The notes under the pieces: model-generated
What the model was told of the DNA's origin: nothing
What the model saw: only the letters and a program-made list of their open reading frames with translations
Databases searched by the model: none
Shown: one piece after another, positions 41,645-51,035 of the stretch
Layout of the letters: each line of letters opens with the position of its first letter
How positions within the stretch are numbered: the stretch's first letter is position 1
Source of the DNA: Escherichia phage vB_EcoM_G2248
DNA: 64,000 bases
Sequence record: MK327932.1
Strand: one strand, 5' to 3'
Position numbers and translations under genes: made by a program

Positions 41645-44185
41645 TTAAAATAACTGTGTTCCGTCAACCAGATAACCGTTACGAGATTCAAGTACATGCG
41701 TATTGCTGTAATGATGCAGCGATGCCGCGATAGTCTCGATCTCATCTGGATATTTGGTATGCTCAAAATCTTCCAGCCAGTTTAATCCAGATTTAAGGCA
41801 TCGTTCGATCTCATCCATGACCCAATACCCTTGATATTGGAACGAGGTACGACGCCACGGGATGGGATGCACATAACGTTTAAGTGTCGCTTTAGTAAAC
41901 ACAATGCGAACTTTTTCTGTGTGTGCAACATGGCCTTCGTCGTCCTTGACGACCGCGTAATATGTTGCTTCATGGTTCTCTTTAGTCAACTCACCATGAG
42001 GGATAGTCAAAACTTTTTGAGTTGCCCCAGGAATTGTTTTGTCTATGCCTCCTTTGACTTTATGCCACTGCCAACTAACTACTTTATCATCATCGACGTG
42101 TTCAGCGTGCGCTTCCAGCTTAACGTCTTGCTCTTGACCTTCTTTTGCCACAACATCAACCGGATGTTTGATAATGTTGATGTTTTGATGTGGAGCCATA
42201 GTGATTTCTGCCGGATTAGTTTCTACAGTTGTTTCTGCGGCTGTAATAACGGCAGTATAACGACCTACGTCAGAAGGTTTAACATGCTCGATGATAAGAG
42301 TTTCCGAGTTTTCCCCTGGAATAATAACACCATCTTTTTTCCACTGATAAGTTGGTTTTATGCCAATCGTATTAGTGGCTTGAGCGTGTAAAATAACTCT
42401 CTGGTTGAGGTTGACGTGAGCATCTTGCGGATGTATTGTAATTCGAGTATCGTTTTCAACAATCGACGGATCGTCGGTAATGATAACCCTTGCCGGATTG
42501 GTCATTTGCGATACACGATGTTCACCAAAACCCGCTGATACACGGCAGGTGTATACACCAGATGACGTTATCTGAGCGTGATCTTCACCATAAGAATTTC
42601 GTTGTTCGACACCAGCCGGGAAAAGATCTTTACCGTCTTTAAACCAGCGATAACGAACAGGTAGCGCATCATTCGAGGTTGCCTCAACTGAGATGGTCCA
42701 TACTCCACCAGAACGAACACTAATAGCGTGTGGCTGTTTAGTGATGTTCATAGTGGATTTGGTGGCGTCTACAGAAACCTGAACTTCATTGGAATCTTTA
42801 ACGATGCGATGATTCGAGATACCCATAGAAACCACGCATTTATAACGACCCTCGTCGGCTTTAGTGATAGCAGAAAAATGTAATGAATCCGAAGTTTTAT
42901 TTGGGATCAACTCATTATCCTTATACCACTGATAATCTAATTTGAAATGTTCATAATTAGACGTTGCTCGACAAGTAAGAGTTTGAGATGAACTCACACG
43001 AACGTTATTGATCGGCTGTGGTTGTTGGGTGATCGTGATCACCGGAGATGACCCGACCAGAAGTGTTGCTACCTCTGATTCGGTGATCTGATTATTTCCA
43101 TATGTAATTCGAGCTTTGAATTTAGCCTCATTAACATCATTGGTCGCCGGAATGATTTTTAACTCTTTTTCCGTTTCTCCAACGATAGGAGTAAATTCAC
43201 CTTCTTCTTTTTTCTGGCGTAGCCACTGTATTTTAACATTGGTGTAATTTGTTACATAATCAACACTTAGTACCGCTGGCGTTAATGCCGGAACATTAGT
43301 GTTTAATGGCTGTCGGGAAATTCGGAAATATGAACGTCCAGACACAACAACATTACAATCTTTAGAATAAACTACAGTACCCCCTTGACGAACTTCGAGA
43401 CGCCAGATCCCAGCATCGGCTTGTGTTACATACGGGATGATCATTGCTGTACCGTCTTGATCGATGATCTTTTTCCCGTTATGAATCCATGTGTACTCAA
43501 TATCACGAGTTGCATCATCGGACCTTACCGTAACTTCTAAATCCAAACGAGCATCTTCTAATACGGTGACAGTATCAGAATAATGTTCTTCGATGTGAAT
43601 TACTGGCGGTTTATCGTTTTCTTCCACAACAACCGGACTAATACGGTAATATGCTCGTGCGTCCTGGATAACAAATACTTTACAAGTATAATTGCCGAAG
43701 TCTTCACGAGATACCCTATCAACGTGTACGTTTTTAGCTTGTACTTTGTTGGGGTCAATCATAACATGATCTTTATACCAGATTGTATCAAATTGATAAC
43801 CGTCTTCGACAATCGGAGTGGCAAAAACATCAAGTGCTTCGCCAATTCGTTTGTAGATGTAAGTCGGAGATTGGTCTTGTGGTGCGATAAATGGAATACG
43901 CTCAACCAAAATCGGATCAATATCCACATAATCCAGTGGATTCTCTTTCAATTTGACACGCGCGGTATATGTGCCAAATTGTTCTTGAGTCAATTCGGCA
44001 ATGTACAGAGATTGGTCTGGTTCTGCAACTTGATCCGCTGGCACACTCTGACCGTTTAGCTTCCATTCTACGATATAGTCTTTAAAATCTGATGTACTTA
44101 CTACCAATTTAAGAACAAGTTCATGTCCCACTGATGCGTGGACAGGACCAGTAGTTTGATGTAAAATATTGATTTTATCAGACAT
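41645..44185 (-). CDS. giant Hoc-like protein with ~8 tandem Ig-like domains
   Basis: repeated YxW(F/K)KDG.. and G.YTC.V motifs across 846 aa; C-terminal YVHPIPWRRTSFQYQGYWVMDEI matches the paralog. Confidence 0.7.
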   Translation of the reverse strand: MSDKINILHQTTGPVHASVGHELVLKLVVSTSDFKDYIVEWKLNGQSVPADQVAEPDQSLYIAELTQEQFGTYTARVKLKENPLDYVDIDPILVERIPFIAPQDQSPTYIYKRIGEALDVFATPIVEDGYQFDTIWYKDHVMIDPNKVQAKNVHVDRVSREDFGNYTCKVFVIQDARAYYRISPVVVEENDKPPVIHIEEHYSDTVTVLEDARLDLEVTVRSDDATRDIEYTWIHNGKKIIDQDGTAMIIPYVTQADAGIWRLEVRQGGTVVYSKDCNVVVSGRSYFRISRQPLNTNVPALTPAVLSVDYVTNYTNVKIQWLRQKKEEGEFTPIVGETEKELKIIPATNDVNEAKFKARITYGNNQITESEVATLLVGSSPVITITQQPQPINNVRVSSSQTLTCRATSNYEHFKLDYQWYKDNELIPNKTSDSLHFSAITKADEGRYKCVVSMGISNHRIVKDSNEVQVSVDATKSTMNITKQPHAISVRSGGVWTISVEATSNDALPVRYRWFKDGKDLFPAGVEQRNSYGEDHAQITSSGVYTCRVSAGFGEHRVSQMTNPARVIITDDPSIVENDTRITIHPQDAHVNLNQRVILHAQATNTIGIKPTYQWKKDGVIIPGENSETLIIEHVKPSDVGRYTAVITAAETTVETNPAEITMAPHQNINIIKHPVDVVAKEGQEQDVKLEAHAEHVDDDKVVSWQWHKVKGGIDKTIPGATQKVLTIPHGELTKENHEATYYAVVKDDEGHVAHTEKVRIVFTKATLKRYVHPIPWRRTSFQYQGYWVMDEIERCLKSGLNWLEDFEHTKYPDEIETIAASLHHYSNTHVLESRNGYLVDGTQLF

Positions 44186-44264
44186 GTTATATCCTCTTTT
44201 TAATTGTATAACGGAACTACAATTAAAATCATAACAAATATTTCACAACTTTCATCACCCAAAA

Positions 44265-44993
44265 TTACTTGAGTGTGTGAAATTGGCTATGTTTGGTTTC
44301 CCGTACCTTGACAGACCCATCACGTTTGATATAATAGATCAGTGACTTGAGGGTGTCGTGTACATACGCGTGAGGGAAACGCTCTGGATACTTCTTCCAA
44401 TCTGGAGTATTAACGATCCAGTCGAAAATCCACCACGGGCATGAGTAGTAACCACGACCGCCACCGATCAAACAAATGGTTGGACGGAAACCAGTAAGAT
44501 CGCAAAATGAATCAGTATCATGTGCAGGAGAACGATGCTCTGCTTCGTCAGAGAAAATGTTTGCTACCGGAGATTCCACTTTAACTTCCGGTACAACCAC
44601 AATTTCAACTGGTACTGTGTGTGGTTCGGCTTCTTCTACAACTGTAACTGTAATTGTAATTGGTTCTTCTTTTTGTTCTGGTTCTTTCATTGCTTCAACC
44701 AGAGACGGATCAACTTCGTCGAATACCACTTTATCATCTGCGGTATCTGCTGCCAGAATAAGGTCGTTAATGCTGGTTCCCTCTTCCTGGGTTTCTTCTT
44801 CCATTTCGGATGCCAGTTTAGTTAATTCTGTTTCTACGAACTCGATCATGTTCTCTAGTGATAGCGTCTTTTTGACCTTGATGTCAAATTGTTTTGCGTA
44901 GTCCGCTAATTCTGTTTTAGCGGCTTTCTGTGCTTCTTTGTCGTCGGACGCCGCAATAGCGCGGAGTTCTTCGAAATATTCTTTATCAAACAT
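44265..44993 (-). CDS. hypothetical acidic protein in the inh position (possible prohead protease inhibitor)
   Basis: 242 aa, acidic N-terminal half, next to hoc-like genes and divergent from uvsW; positional only. Confidence 0.3.
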   Translation of the reverse strand: MFDKEYFEELRAIAASDDKEAQKAAKTELADYAKQFDIKVKKTLSLENMIEFVETELTKLASEMEEETQEEGTSINDLILAADTADDKVVFDEVDPSLVEAMKEPEQKEEPITITVTVVEEAEPHTVPVEIVVVPEVKVESPVANIFSDEAEHRSPAHDTDSFCDLTGFRPTICLIGGGRGYYSCPWWIFDWIVNTPDWKKYPERFPHAYVHDTLKSLIYYIKRDGSVKVRETKHSQFHTLK

Positions 44994-45020
44994 GTTATTC
45001 TCCTGATTGGGGGTGTTTGT

Positions 45021-45028
45021 ATAAATAT
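45021..45028 (+). promoter_or_regulatory. late promoter box TATAAATA upstream of uvsW
   Basis: exact TATAAATA ~35 nt upstream of ATG 45064. Confidence 0.55.
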
Positions 45029-45063
45029 TTGTATACTGTATTTATTGAGTGAGGCTATTCGCT

Positions 45064-46566
45064 ATGCAAGATATTAAAATTCACTTTCTGAACTACTCCC
45101 ATGTTCAAATTGAATGTAGTGATTCAATTTTATTAGAAATGCGAGATTATTTTAGTTTTGAAGTCGAGGGAGCGCGGTTTCAAAAAAGATTTAAGTATGG
45201 CGGTTGGGATGGGCGTATTCGTCTTTTAGACTACAACGGAAAGTTGCCTATCGGCCTAACTAAAACCGTTGGTATCTTCGCTAAAAATATGGGTTATTCT
45301 GTATGGGTAGATCCTCGCTTATTCGAAAAAGAACAGGTTACAGAAGAAGAGATCACAAAATGGTGTAACGACTTAGAATTATATTCCGGTGCTAACAGGA
45401 TCACCCCGCACTGGTATCAATCAAAGGCTGTCTTTGAAGGTATTCATCATAAACGCCGTATGTTAGTTTTGCCTACGTCCGCTGGTAAATCTGCGATTGC
45501 TTGTATGTTGTCTCGTTGGTACTTAGAGAACTACGAAGGGAAAGTGCTGATCATCGTTCCTACCACGTCGCTAGTGCTGCAAATGCGTGATGATTTTGTT
45601 GATTATCGCCAGTTTCCGTATGAAGCAATTCATACTATCATGAGCGGTACTAGTAAACACGTAGGTGATCGCCTGATCGTTGTTAGTACGTGGCAATCAG
45701 CATGTAAACAGCCGAGTGAATGGTTCCAGCAATTTGGGATGGTTATTGTTGATGAATGTCACAAGGCCACTGCTAAAAACCTGCTAAACATCGTTACTGA
45801 TATGGATCATTGCCAGTTTAAGATCGGTATGACTGGTTCCCCTCGTGACGGGAAAGCTAACATGATGCAGTATGTCGGTCTTTTCGGTGATATTTCTAAG
45901 ATCGTGAGTATTGACCGCCTGATGGAAGAAGGTCAAGTGACGAAACTGAAAATCAACTGTCTTTTCCTTCGTTATACCGATGAGGAATGTAGCGCGGTTA
46001 AGGGTAGAGAATATGCGGAAGAGATCAAGTATATTACGTCTAACCCACGACGTAATAAGTTTGCTTGTAATTTGGCGCTAAAACTCGCTAAGAAGGGCGA
46101 AAACGTATTCCTGATGTTCCGCAATACTAAGCACGGAAAACTTATGTATGACGCGTTACAGAAGGTACACGACAAGGTTTATTATATTGACGGTGGAGTT
46201 AAGACAGAAGAACGTGATGAATTTAAGAAATTAGCGGAAGGGGAAACAGGGATCATTTGTGTTGCTTCCTATGGTGTTTTCTCTACTGGTGTTTCAATTA
46301 AGAATTTGCACCATGTTATTTTCGGTCATCCCGTGAAGGAATCAACTATCGTTCGTCAGAGTATCGGTCGTGCATTGCGTAAACATGGTTCGAAAGACAT
46401 TGCAACGGTCTGGGATCTTATCGATCATTTGGCAGTTAAGACAAAGAGCAAGAATGCTAAGAAACAGTTTAGTCACCTTAATTATGCTCTTAAACATGCC
46501 CTGGAAAGAATAAAAATTTACAACACAGATCGATTCGAATATGTAACGAAAACTATAGAGATTTAA
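45064..46566 (+). CDS. uvsW: UvsW RNA-DNA / DNA helicase
   Basis: N-terminus MQDIKIHFLNYSHVQIECSDS..WDGRIRLLDY resembles T4 UvsW; Walker A PTSAGKS, DECH box; start at ATG 45064. Confidence 0.85.
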   Translation: MQDIKIHFLNYSHVQIECSDSILLEMRDYFSFEVEGARFQKRFKYGGWDGRIRLLDYNGKLPIGLTKTVGIFAKNMGYSVWVDPRLFEKEQVTEEEITKWCNDLELYSGANRITPHWYQSKAVFEGIHHKRRMLVLPTSAGKSAIACMLSRWYLENYEGKVLIIVPTTSLVLQMRDDFVDYRQFPYEAIHTIMSGTSKHVGDRLIVVSTWQSACKQPSEWFQQFGMVIVDECHKATAKNLLNIVTDMDHCQFKIGMTGSPRDGKANMMQYVGLFGDISKIVSIDRLMEEGQVTKLKINCLFLRYTDEECSAVKGREYAEEIKYITSNPRRNKFACNLALKLAKKGENVFLMFRNTKHGKLMYDALQKVHDKVYYIDGGVKTEERDEFKKLAEGETGIICVASYGVFSTGVSIKNLHHVIFGHPVKESTIVRQSIGRALRKHGSKDIATVWDLIDHLAVKTKSKNAKKQFSHLNYALKHALERIKIYNTDRFEYVTKTIEI

Positions 46567-46570
46567 TAAA

Positions 46571-46596
46571 TAGGGGCTTTAATGCCCCTTTATTCT
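46571..46596 (+). terminator. rho-independent terminator after uvsW (AGGGGC-tttaat-GCCCCT + T-rich)
   Basis: perfect 6-bp stem followed by TTATTCT. Confidence 0.55.
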
Positions 46597-46609
46597 ACGG
46601 AGATTAAAA

Positions 46610-46846
46610 ATGATTAGCTTTAAACGTTTTTTGGTTGAGGCCGTTATTGACGGTTTTATGAGTAAGATTTATTCTTGTAATACTATCGAGGGATTAAATG
46701 AACTTGAGGCATATTATGAGAAGCGCAAGAAAGAAACAGAATTGAAACCTGCTGATGATATTTCGATCCGTGATGCCATCGCTGGACGCCGTAAGCAACT
46801 GGAAGCGGACAACGAGCCGGAAGAGGAGCCGGAAGAGGATTTTTAA
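46610..46846 (+). CDS. uvsW.1: UvsW.1-like small protein
   Basis: 78 aa immediately downstream of uvsW, acidic C-terminus. Confidence 0.55.
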   Translation: MISFKRFLVEAVIDGFMSKIYSCNTIEGLNELEAYYEKRKKETELKPADDISIRDAIAGRRKQLEADNEPEEEPEEDF

Positions 46847-46852
46847 GATATA

Positions 46853-46880
46853 AAAAAAGCCCCATCATTGATGGGGCAAA
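46853..46880 (-). terminator. terminator hairpin (GCCCCATC-a-TTGATGGGGC), mainly minus-strand
   Basis: 9-bp stem; T-run follows on the minus strand (A7 upstream on plus). Confidence 0.6.
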
Positions 46881-46910
46881 ATAAACCAATTAAAATCGGT
46901 TATCAACAAA

Positions 46911-47087
46911 TTACATTAACAGCATTGTTTGCTCTACGAGTTGTTCTTGTTCTTCGCCGTTCGCATCTTCACTAATCGAACGTTCTGTTACTAGCTGTAA
47001 GCAGTAGCCAGTGTGAACAACGCCGTTTTCTGTCTGAACGGATAACGCATCCTCGACAGGTTGTTTACAACAAATACAGATTTTCAT
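46911..47087 (-). CDS. small Cys-rich protein in the uvsY.-2 position
   Basis: start at ATG 47085-47087 behind AGGAGGAA; CxxC..H..C pattern. Confidence 0.4.
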   Translation of the reverse strand: MKICICCKQPVEDALSVQTENGVVHTGYCLQLVTERSISEDANGEEQEQLVEQTMLLM

Positions 47088-47109
47088 AAAAAATTCCTCC
47101 TGCATGTAT

Positions 47110-47517
47110 TTAGCGACCAGATTCCAGCATACGCAATTCTATAGCATTCTTGATCGCAAAGCCACGAGATTTAACGATATCAAGTGCGCGACCAGCAAAA
47201 TCCATTACCATCTGGTAATATGCAATTTTTGTATCAAGCGGTAAGATCTCGTCGTCTGCTGCCATGACAACTTTCAATTCTGATTTCTCATATTCAGCAC
47301 GACACCAGTCATCACTACGGTTAGTGTAAAAGTCAAGACGATTTTTCATAGCCTTTTTCTTTTTAGCCTCAAGAGCAATCGTCTCTCTTTTCGCCTCGCT
47401 GTAAATCCTTAACCACTTTGAGTATACTACCGGATTATTCAGCGCCTCCCATTGCAACTTAGTCGCATCGATCTTCATGTCAGCTTCTAATTGTTCTTTC
47501 AAATCGTTTAGGTCCAT
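47110..47517 (-). CDS. uvsY: UvsY recombination mediator protein
   Basis: 135 aa; LQWEALNNPVVYSKWL and KSRGFAIKNAIELR resemble T4 UvsY. Confidence 0.85.
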   Translation of the reverse strand: MDLNDLKEQLEADMKIDATKLQWEALNNPVVYSKWLRIYSEAKRETIALEAKKKKAMKNRLDFYTNRSDDWCRAEYEKSELKVVMAADDEILPLDTKIAYYQMVMDFAGRALDIVKSRGFAIKNAIELRMLESGR

Positions 47518-47564
47518 AATATCCCCTTATTCACACTAAGACCTATATCATATCACACACAAAA

Positions 47565-47951
47565 TCACTTTGCAAGTCTTATGCGTAGTTGTTCAAGATC
47601 ATCTGGGTTGTCTATTACTGAAAAGTAGATTGATACTATGATTGAGTTATCGTCGTACTGCGGAGTTACTTCTACTGTCAGGTTTCGGACCCGTGGTTCA
47701 TAGTTTCGGATCGCCTCATTGATGTTTTTTGATAAGGTATCCACTGTCAGTGGGTTCATGTTCTCAAACAAAGATTTATTGAGATCGCATCCAAACAGTG
47801 GATCAAATGGACGAGATCCCTTGCGAGTAGTAACGATCAGTAGAATAGAATCCTTAACCGCTTTAATCCCTATGTTCTTTTTAACGTCGTTATTCCACGA
47901 TCTGGATATATTGAGATCCAAATCAGTATACATCTGATTAATAGTTGCCAT
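47565..47951 (-). CDS. 25: gp25 baseplate wedge protein
   Basis: TTRKGSRPFDPLFGCDL and FSVIDNPDDLEQ resemble T4 gp25; start at ATG 47949-47951 (GAGGT RBS). Confidence 0.8.
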   Translation of the reverse strand: MATINQMYTDLDLNISRSWNNDVKKNIGIKAVKDSILLIVTTRKGSRPFDPLFGCDLNKSLFENMNPLTVDTLSKNINEAIRNYEPRVRNLTVEVTPQYDDNSIIVSIYFSVIDNPDDLEQLRIRLAK

Positions 47952-47959
47952 GTTATACC

Positions 47960-48589
47960 TCAAAGAATTTTAAGGAAACTGGATAGACCTGATAATGAAT
48001 ATACACCAGATTCCCCGCATTCGCACTTGATCGGTACTGCCAGCGTGATTTGATTTCTTGTTAGCTCGTCGATCACTTCTTCCACTTTATCCGTGGTAAG
48101 CATATCCAGCAAGCGGTCAAAGTCCTGTGCGTTCAGGTCGTCTATATTGAATTGCTGATCGCCGATCACGATATATTCGATACATGCAATTACCATCTGC
48201 ATAATATCAACATCTTCTGTAAACTTAGGTTGACGAAACTTGATTTTTACTTGTCCTAAGTCTAAAATATATGGTTCAACTTCTGGTATCTGTGTGCGTG
48301 AAACATCAAGAGAGTATACTTTCTCTTTATTGCATACACCACACACCCAAGTAGCATCAATTTTCATCTTATTGAGGCTGTGACACCATAAGAGAAGAAA
48401 AATATATTCTGCTTCGCATTTCTCTAGCTCTAATGCATTGATCCCCGTACATTCATGTATGATCTCTATAACAACCTCTGACAGCTTGCCAGTCTCTTTT
48501 GCTGCTACCAGTTTTTGAAATTCGCCGAAGGTGAAAGCACGGGCGTGTATCAACTTTTCGCCTAATTGGATCTTGAAAAAGTATTGCAT
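47960..48589 (-). CDS. 26: gp26 baseplate hub subunit
   Basis: 209 aa (T4 208 aa), between gp25 and divergent gp51. Confidence 0.7.
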   Translation of the reverse strand: MQYFFKIQLGEKLIHARAFTFGEFQKLVAAKETGKLSEVVIEIIHECTGINALELEKCEAEYIFLLLWCHSLNKMKIDATWVCGVCNKEKVYSLDVSRTQIPEVEPYILDLGQVKIKFRQPKFTEDVDIMQMVIACIEYIVIGDQQFNIDDLNAQDFDRLLDMLTTDKVEEVIDELTRNQITLAVPIKCECGESGVYSLSGLSSFLKIL

Positions 48590-48631
48590 AATAAAACACC
48601 CTTTATAAACACATAGAATTATTTAGTATTT

Positions 48632-48639
48632 TATAAATA
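48632..48639 (+). promoter_or_regulatory. late promoter box TATAAATA upstream of gp51
   Basis: exact TATAAATA ~20 nt upstream of ATG 48660. Confidence 0.55.
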
Positions 48640-48659
48640 CCCGAAAGGGGGATTATACC

Positions 48660-49430
48660 ATGAATATTATCCGAATAAAACTGCCGGAAGGTGTGCAGAG
48701 ATTTAAACCATTCACGGTAAAAGATTATAGAGATTTCCTTCTGGTGTCAACTGAAATTAAGATGAATCCAGAAGAAGAACAAACGATTCTTGATGAGCTA
48801 TTAGAAGAAATATATCCAGACGTAGACCCGGCATTTCGTGAATATATTTTCCTGAATGTCTTTACTAGTTCAATTGGTAAAACTAAGATACCGCTTTGTT
48901 TTACTTGCCCGACTTGCAACAAAGAAAGAAAAATGTTGCTTAACTTACAGGTTGAAGCACTAAAACCAATCGTTCTAGAGGCCGCAGGGCTTAAAATAAC
49001 TTTCCGGTATGTTAAACCATCAACCGACTATGCAAAAACGTTTCTGGATGCGATAGAGCGTGTATCTGATGGTATTAATGATTATCTATGGACTGAATTA
49101 CCGGAAGAAGTTAGAGAACAGGTTATCGATTCAATCTCATTTGCTGAATTTGAAGAAGTTGTTAAGCAGATGCACACAATCAAGATCGAACAAAAGATAT
49201 CTTGTTGTGAAAGTCATGACCTGAAATACATAGGTCTTCTTCCATTATTCAAATTGTTGTTGAATCCAGATGAGTTATTCATCTTTTATCGAATAAACCA
49301 TCTATTGGCAAAATCAAATTATTCTATCAGTGATCTTATGGATATGTTACCGATTGAGAGAAACATTGCACTGACACTGGTCGAGAAAGACGTAAAAGAG
49401 GCAAATAATGCAAAGAACGGGGTTTCCTAA
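48660..49430 (+). CDS. 51: gp51 baseplate hub assembly catalyst
   Basis: 256 aa (T4 249 aa), synteny. Confidence 0.65.
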   Translation: MNIIRIKLPEGVQRFKPFTVKDYRDFLLVSTEIKMNPEEEQTILDELLEEIYPDVDPAFREYIFLNVFTSSIGKTKIPLCFTCPTCNKERKMLLNLQVEALKPIVLEAAGLKITFRYVKPSTDYAKTFLDAIERVSDGINDYLWTELPEEVREQVIDSISFAEFEEVVKQMHTIKIEQKISCCESHDLKYIGLLPLFKLLLNPDELFIFYRINHLLAKSNYSISDLMDMLPIERNIALTLVEKDVKEANNAKNGVS

Positions 49431-50517
49431 TGTCTCAATAAAACTTTATCAGGATTATGAGGCATTTCTAAATCATCGCTTTATAGAGTTGGGTGCTACC
49501 TTTGTTACAATGACTCTGCGTGATTCGATTCGTGGGGTGAATGAAGGATTGTTGCAATTCTATGATAATAAGGCGATGCATACAAAATTAAACGGGAGAG
49601 AGATCATTCAGATTTCGCTATCCACTGCTAATACAGATGAAGTGTTTAACCGAATCTATGGGATCTCTCATAGTAATGTAACAATTGACCAAAAATCCGA
49701 CAATATTTTAACATTCCAGTTAAAGAGCTATCACGAAACATTAAACCTTAAATTTTCTCGCTCATTGACAAATAACGCGGTTAATAACGTAACTAGCATG
49801 ATTGATGCCATCTATAAGGAAGTTCCTTTATGGAAACCTACTATAAAGGGTGATAACGTTGTTATTCCTCGTTGTCCGTGGGTTAGTACCATAAATGACT
49901 ATATGGATTTTGTTAGGGCATACGGGCAAAGCGTAGAAACCGAGTCTTTCGTGTATTGCTGGGAAGATTTTGATGGTATAACGATTGCTGGATACGATAC
50001 AATATTAAAAAATGAGCCAATACCAGCTATAATCTGTGAGCCTAGACTCATGGGGCAATTTATTGATATGTCGCCTAATCTGATGGTTTTTAATTTCGAG
50101 TGGCAGACTAAGAGCAATGCTAAAGTTAAAAATTCATTTAGCAATGTGACATACACAACTATTGATTTTGTTACTAAGCAGTATAATAAAATTGTTGTTG
50201 GTAATGGGGATAATATTGCACACTTTGCTCATGGTGGCGCTTATGGTAATTTAACTTATAAGAATGCGTTTTTGGAAGGTTCTAAACTTGCCACAATAGA
50301 ACAATATGATTCATATGCTACCGCCGTGTGTCACGGTAATTTTTCGTTGCGCCCCGGCATGGTTATTCGATTCTTTGATGAGAAGCAACAAGCACGCAAT
50401 GATTTTATTGTTGACGAAGTGGTGCATGAAATTAGCCGAGAGCAATCATTAACTCACCTGTATATGATCGGTAACAGCGAAGAATTACAGGAAGTCAAAT
50501 TTGAAGGTAAGATATAA
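49408..50517 (+). CDS. 27: gp27 baseplate hub subunit
   Basis: 369 aa (T4 391 aa), synteny. Confidence 0.75.
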   Translation: MQRTGFPNVSIKLYQDYEAFLNHRFIELGATFVTMTLRDSIRGVNEGLLQFYDNKAMHTKLNGREIIQISLSTANTDEVFNRIYGISHSNVTIDQKSDNILTFQLKSYHETLNLKFSRSLTNNAVNNVTSMIDAIYKEVPLWKPTIKGDNVVIPRCPWVSTINDYMDFVRAYGQSVETESFVYCWEDFDGITIAGYDTILKNEPIPAIICEPRLMGQFIDMSPNLMVFNFEWQTKSNAKVKNSFSNVTYTTIDFVTKQYNKIVVGNGDNIAHFAHGGAYGNLTYKNAFLEGSKLATIEQYDSYATAVCHGNFSLRPGMVIRFFDEKQQARNDFIVDEVVHEISREQSLTHLYMIGNSEELQEVKFEGKI

Positions 50518-51035
50518 TGACAGAAACTAAACCTATGTTAAAATTTGTTGTTCCTGTAAAAAAATTAGAGATAAACGGGAAACATATTAAGATCCCAAAA
50601 ATGGGGATTAAGCAACATCGATTATTAAAAGATGTTCGTAGCTGTGATGAAACATTAAAGATTCTTCTTGATTCAATCTGTCCTGGGTTAAACGCTGCCG
50701 AGTCTGAATTGGTTATGCTTAACCTTTGTGCGTTTAATGGTAAGTGTCTGGAAGAAAAAGATGGTCTTAAGCTGTCTGATGTGTATATTTGTACAGAGAC
50801 TGAATTTACTTTAAATGGTAAAGTCTTTAAATTTAAAAATCCAATGTATACTTCTGACCCCATTATCGATGACGCTGATTTCTTGAGTCATCATTATCAC
50901 GATCCTAGCGTAGACTTCCATGATTTCCCAGCTTTTATTATGGATTGGGCTACAGGATTAAGAAAAACTATTGCACTGGATACACCGGAAGGTACTATCT
51001 ATGGTGGAATTAACATATTGGATCGCCTATCATGA
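50517..51035 (+). CDS. 28: gp28 baseplate hub distal subunit
   Basis: 172 aa (T4 177 aa), synteny. Confidence 0.65.
   Translation: MTETKPMLKFVVPVKKLEINGKHIKIPKMGIKQHRLLKDVRSCDETLKILLDSICPGLNAAESELVMLNLCAFNGKCLEEKDGLKLSDVYICTETEFTLNGKVFKFKNPMYTSDPIIDDADFLSHHYHDPSVDFHDFPAFIMDWATGLRKTIALDTPEGTIYGGINILDRLS

Noticed and set aside
44476-44901. 141-aa and 101-aa plus-strand ORFs (44476-44901, 44520-44825)
   Set aside because: Antisense to the acidic 242-aa gene and low-complexity in composition; no start signals.
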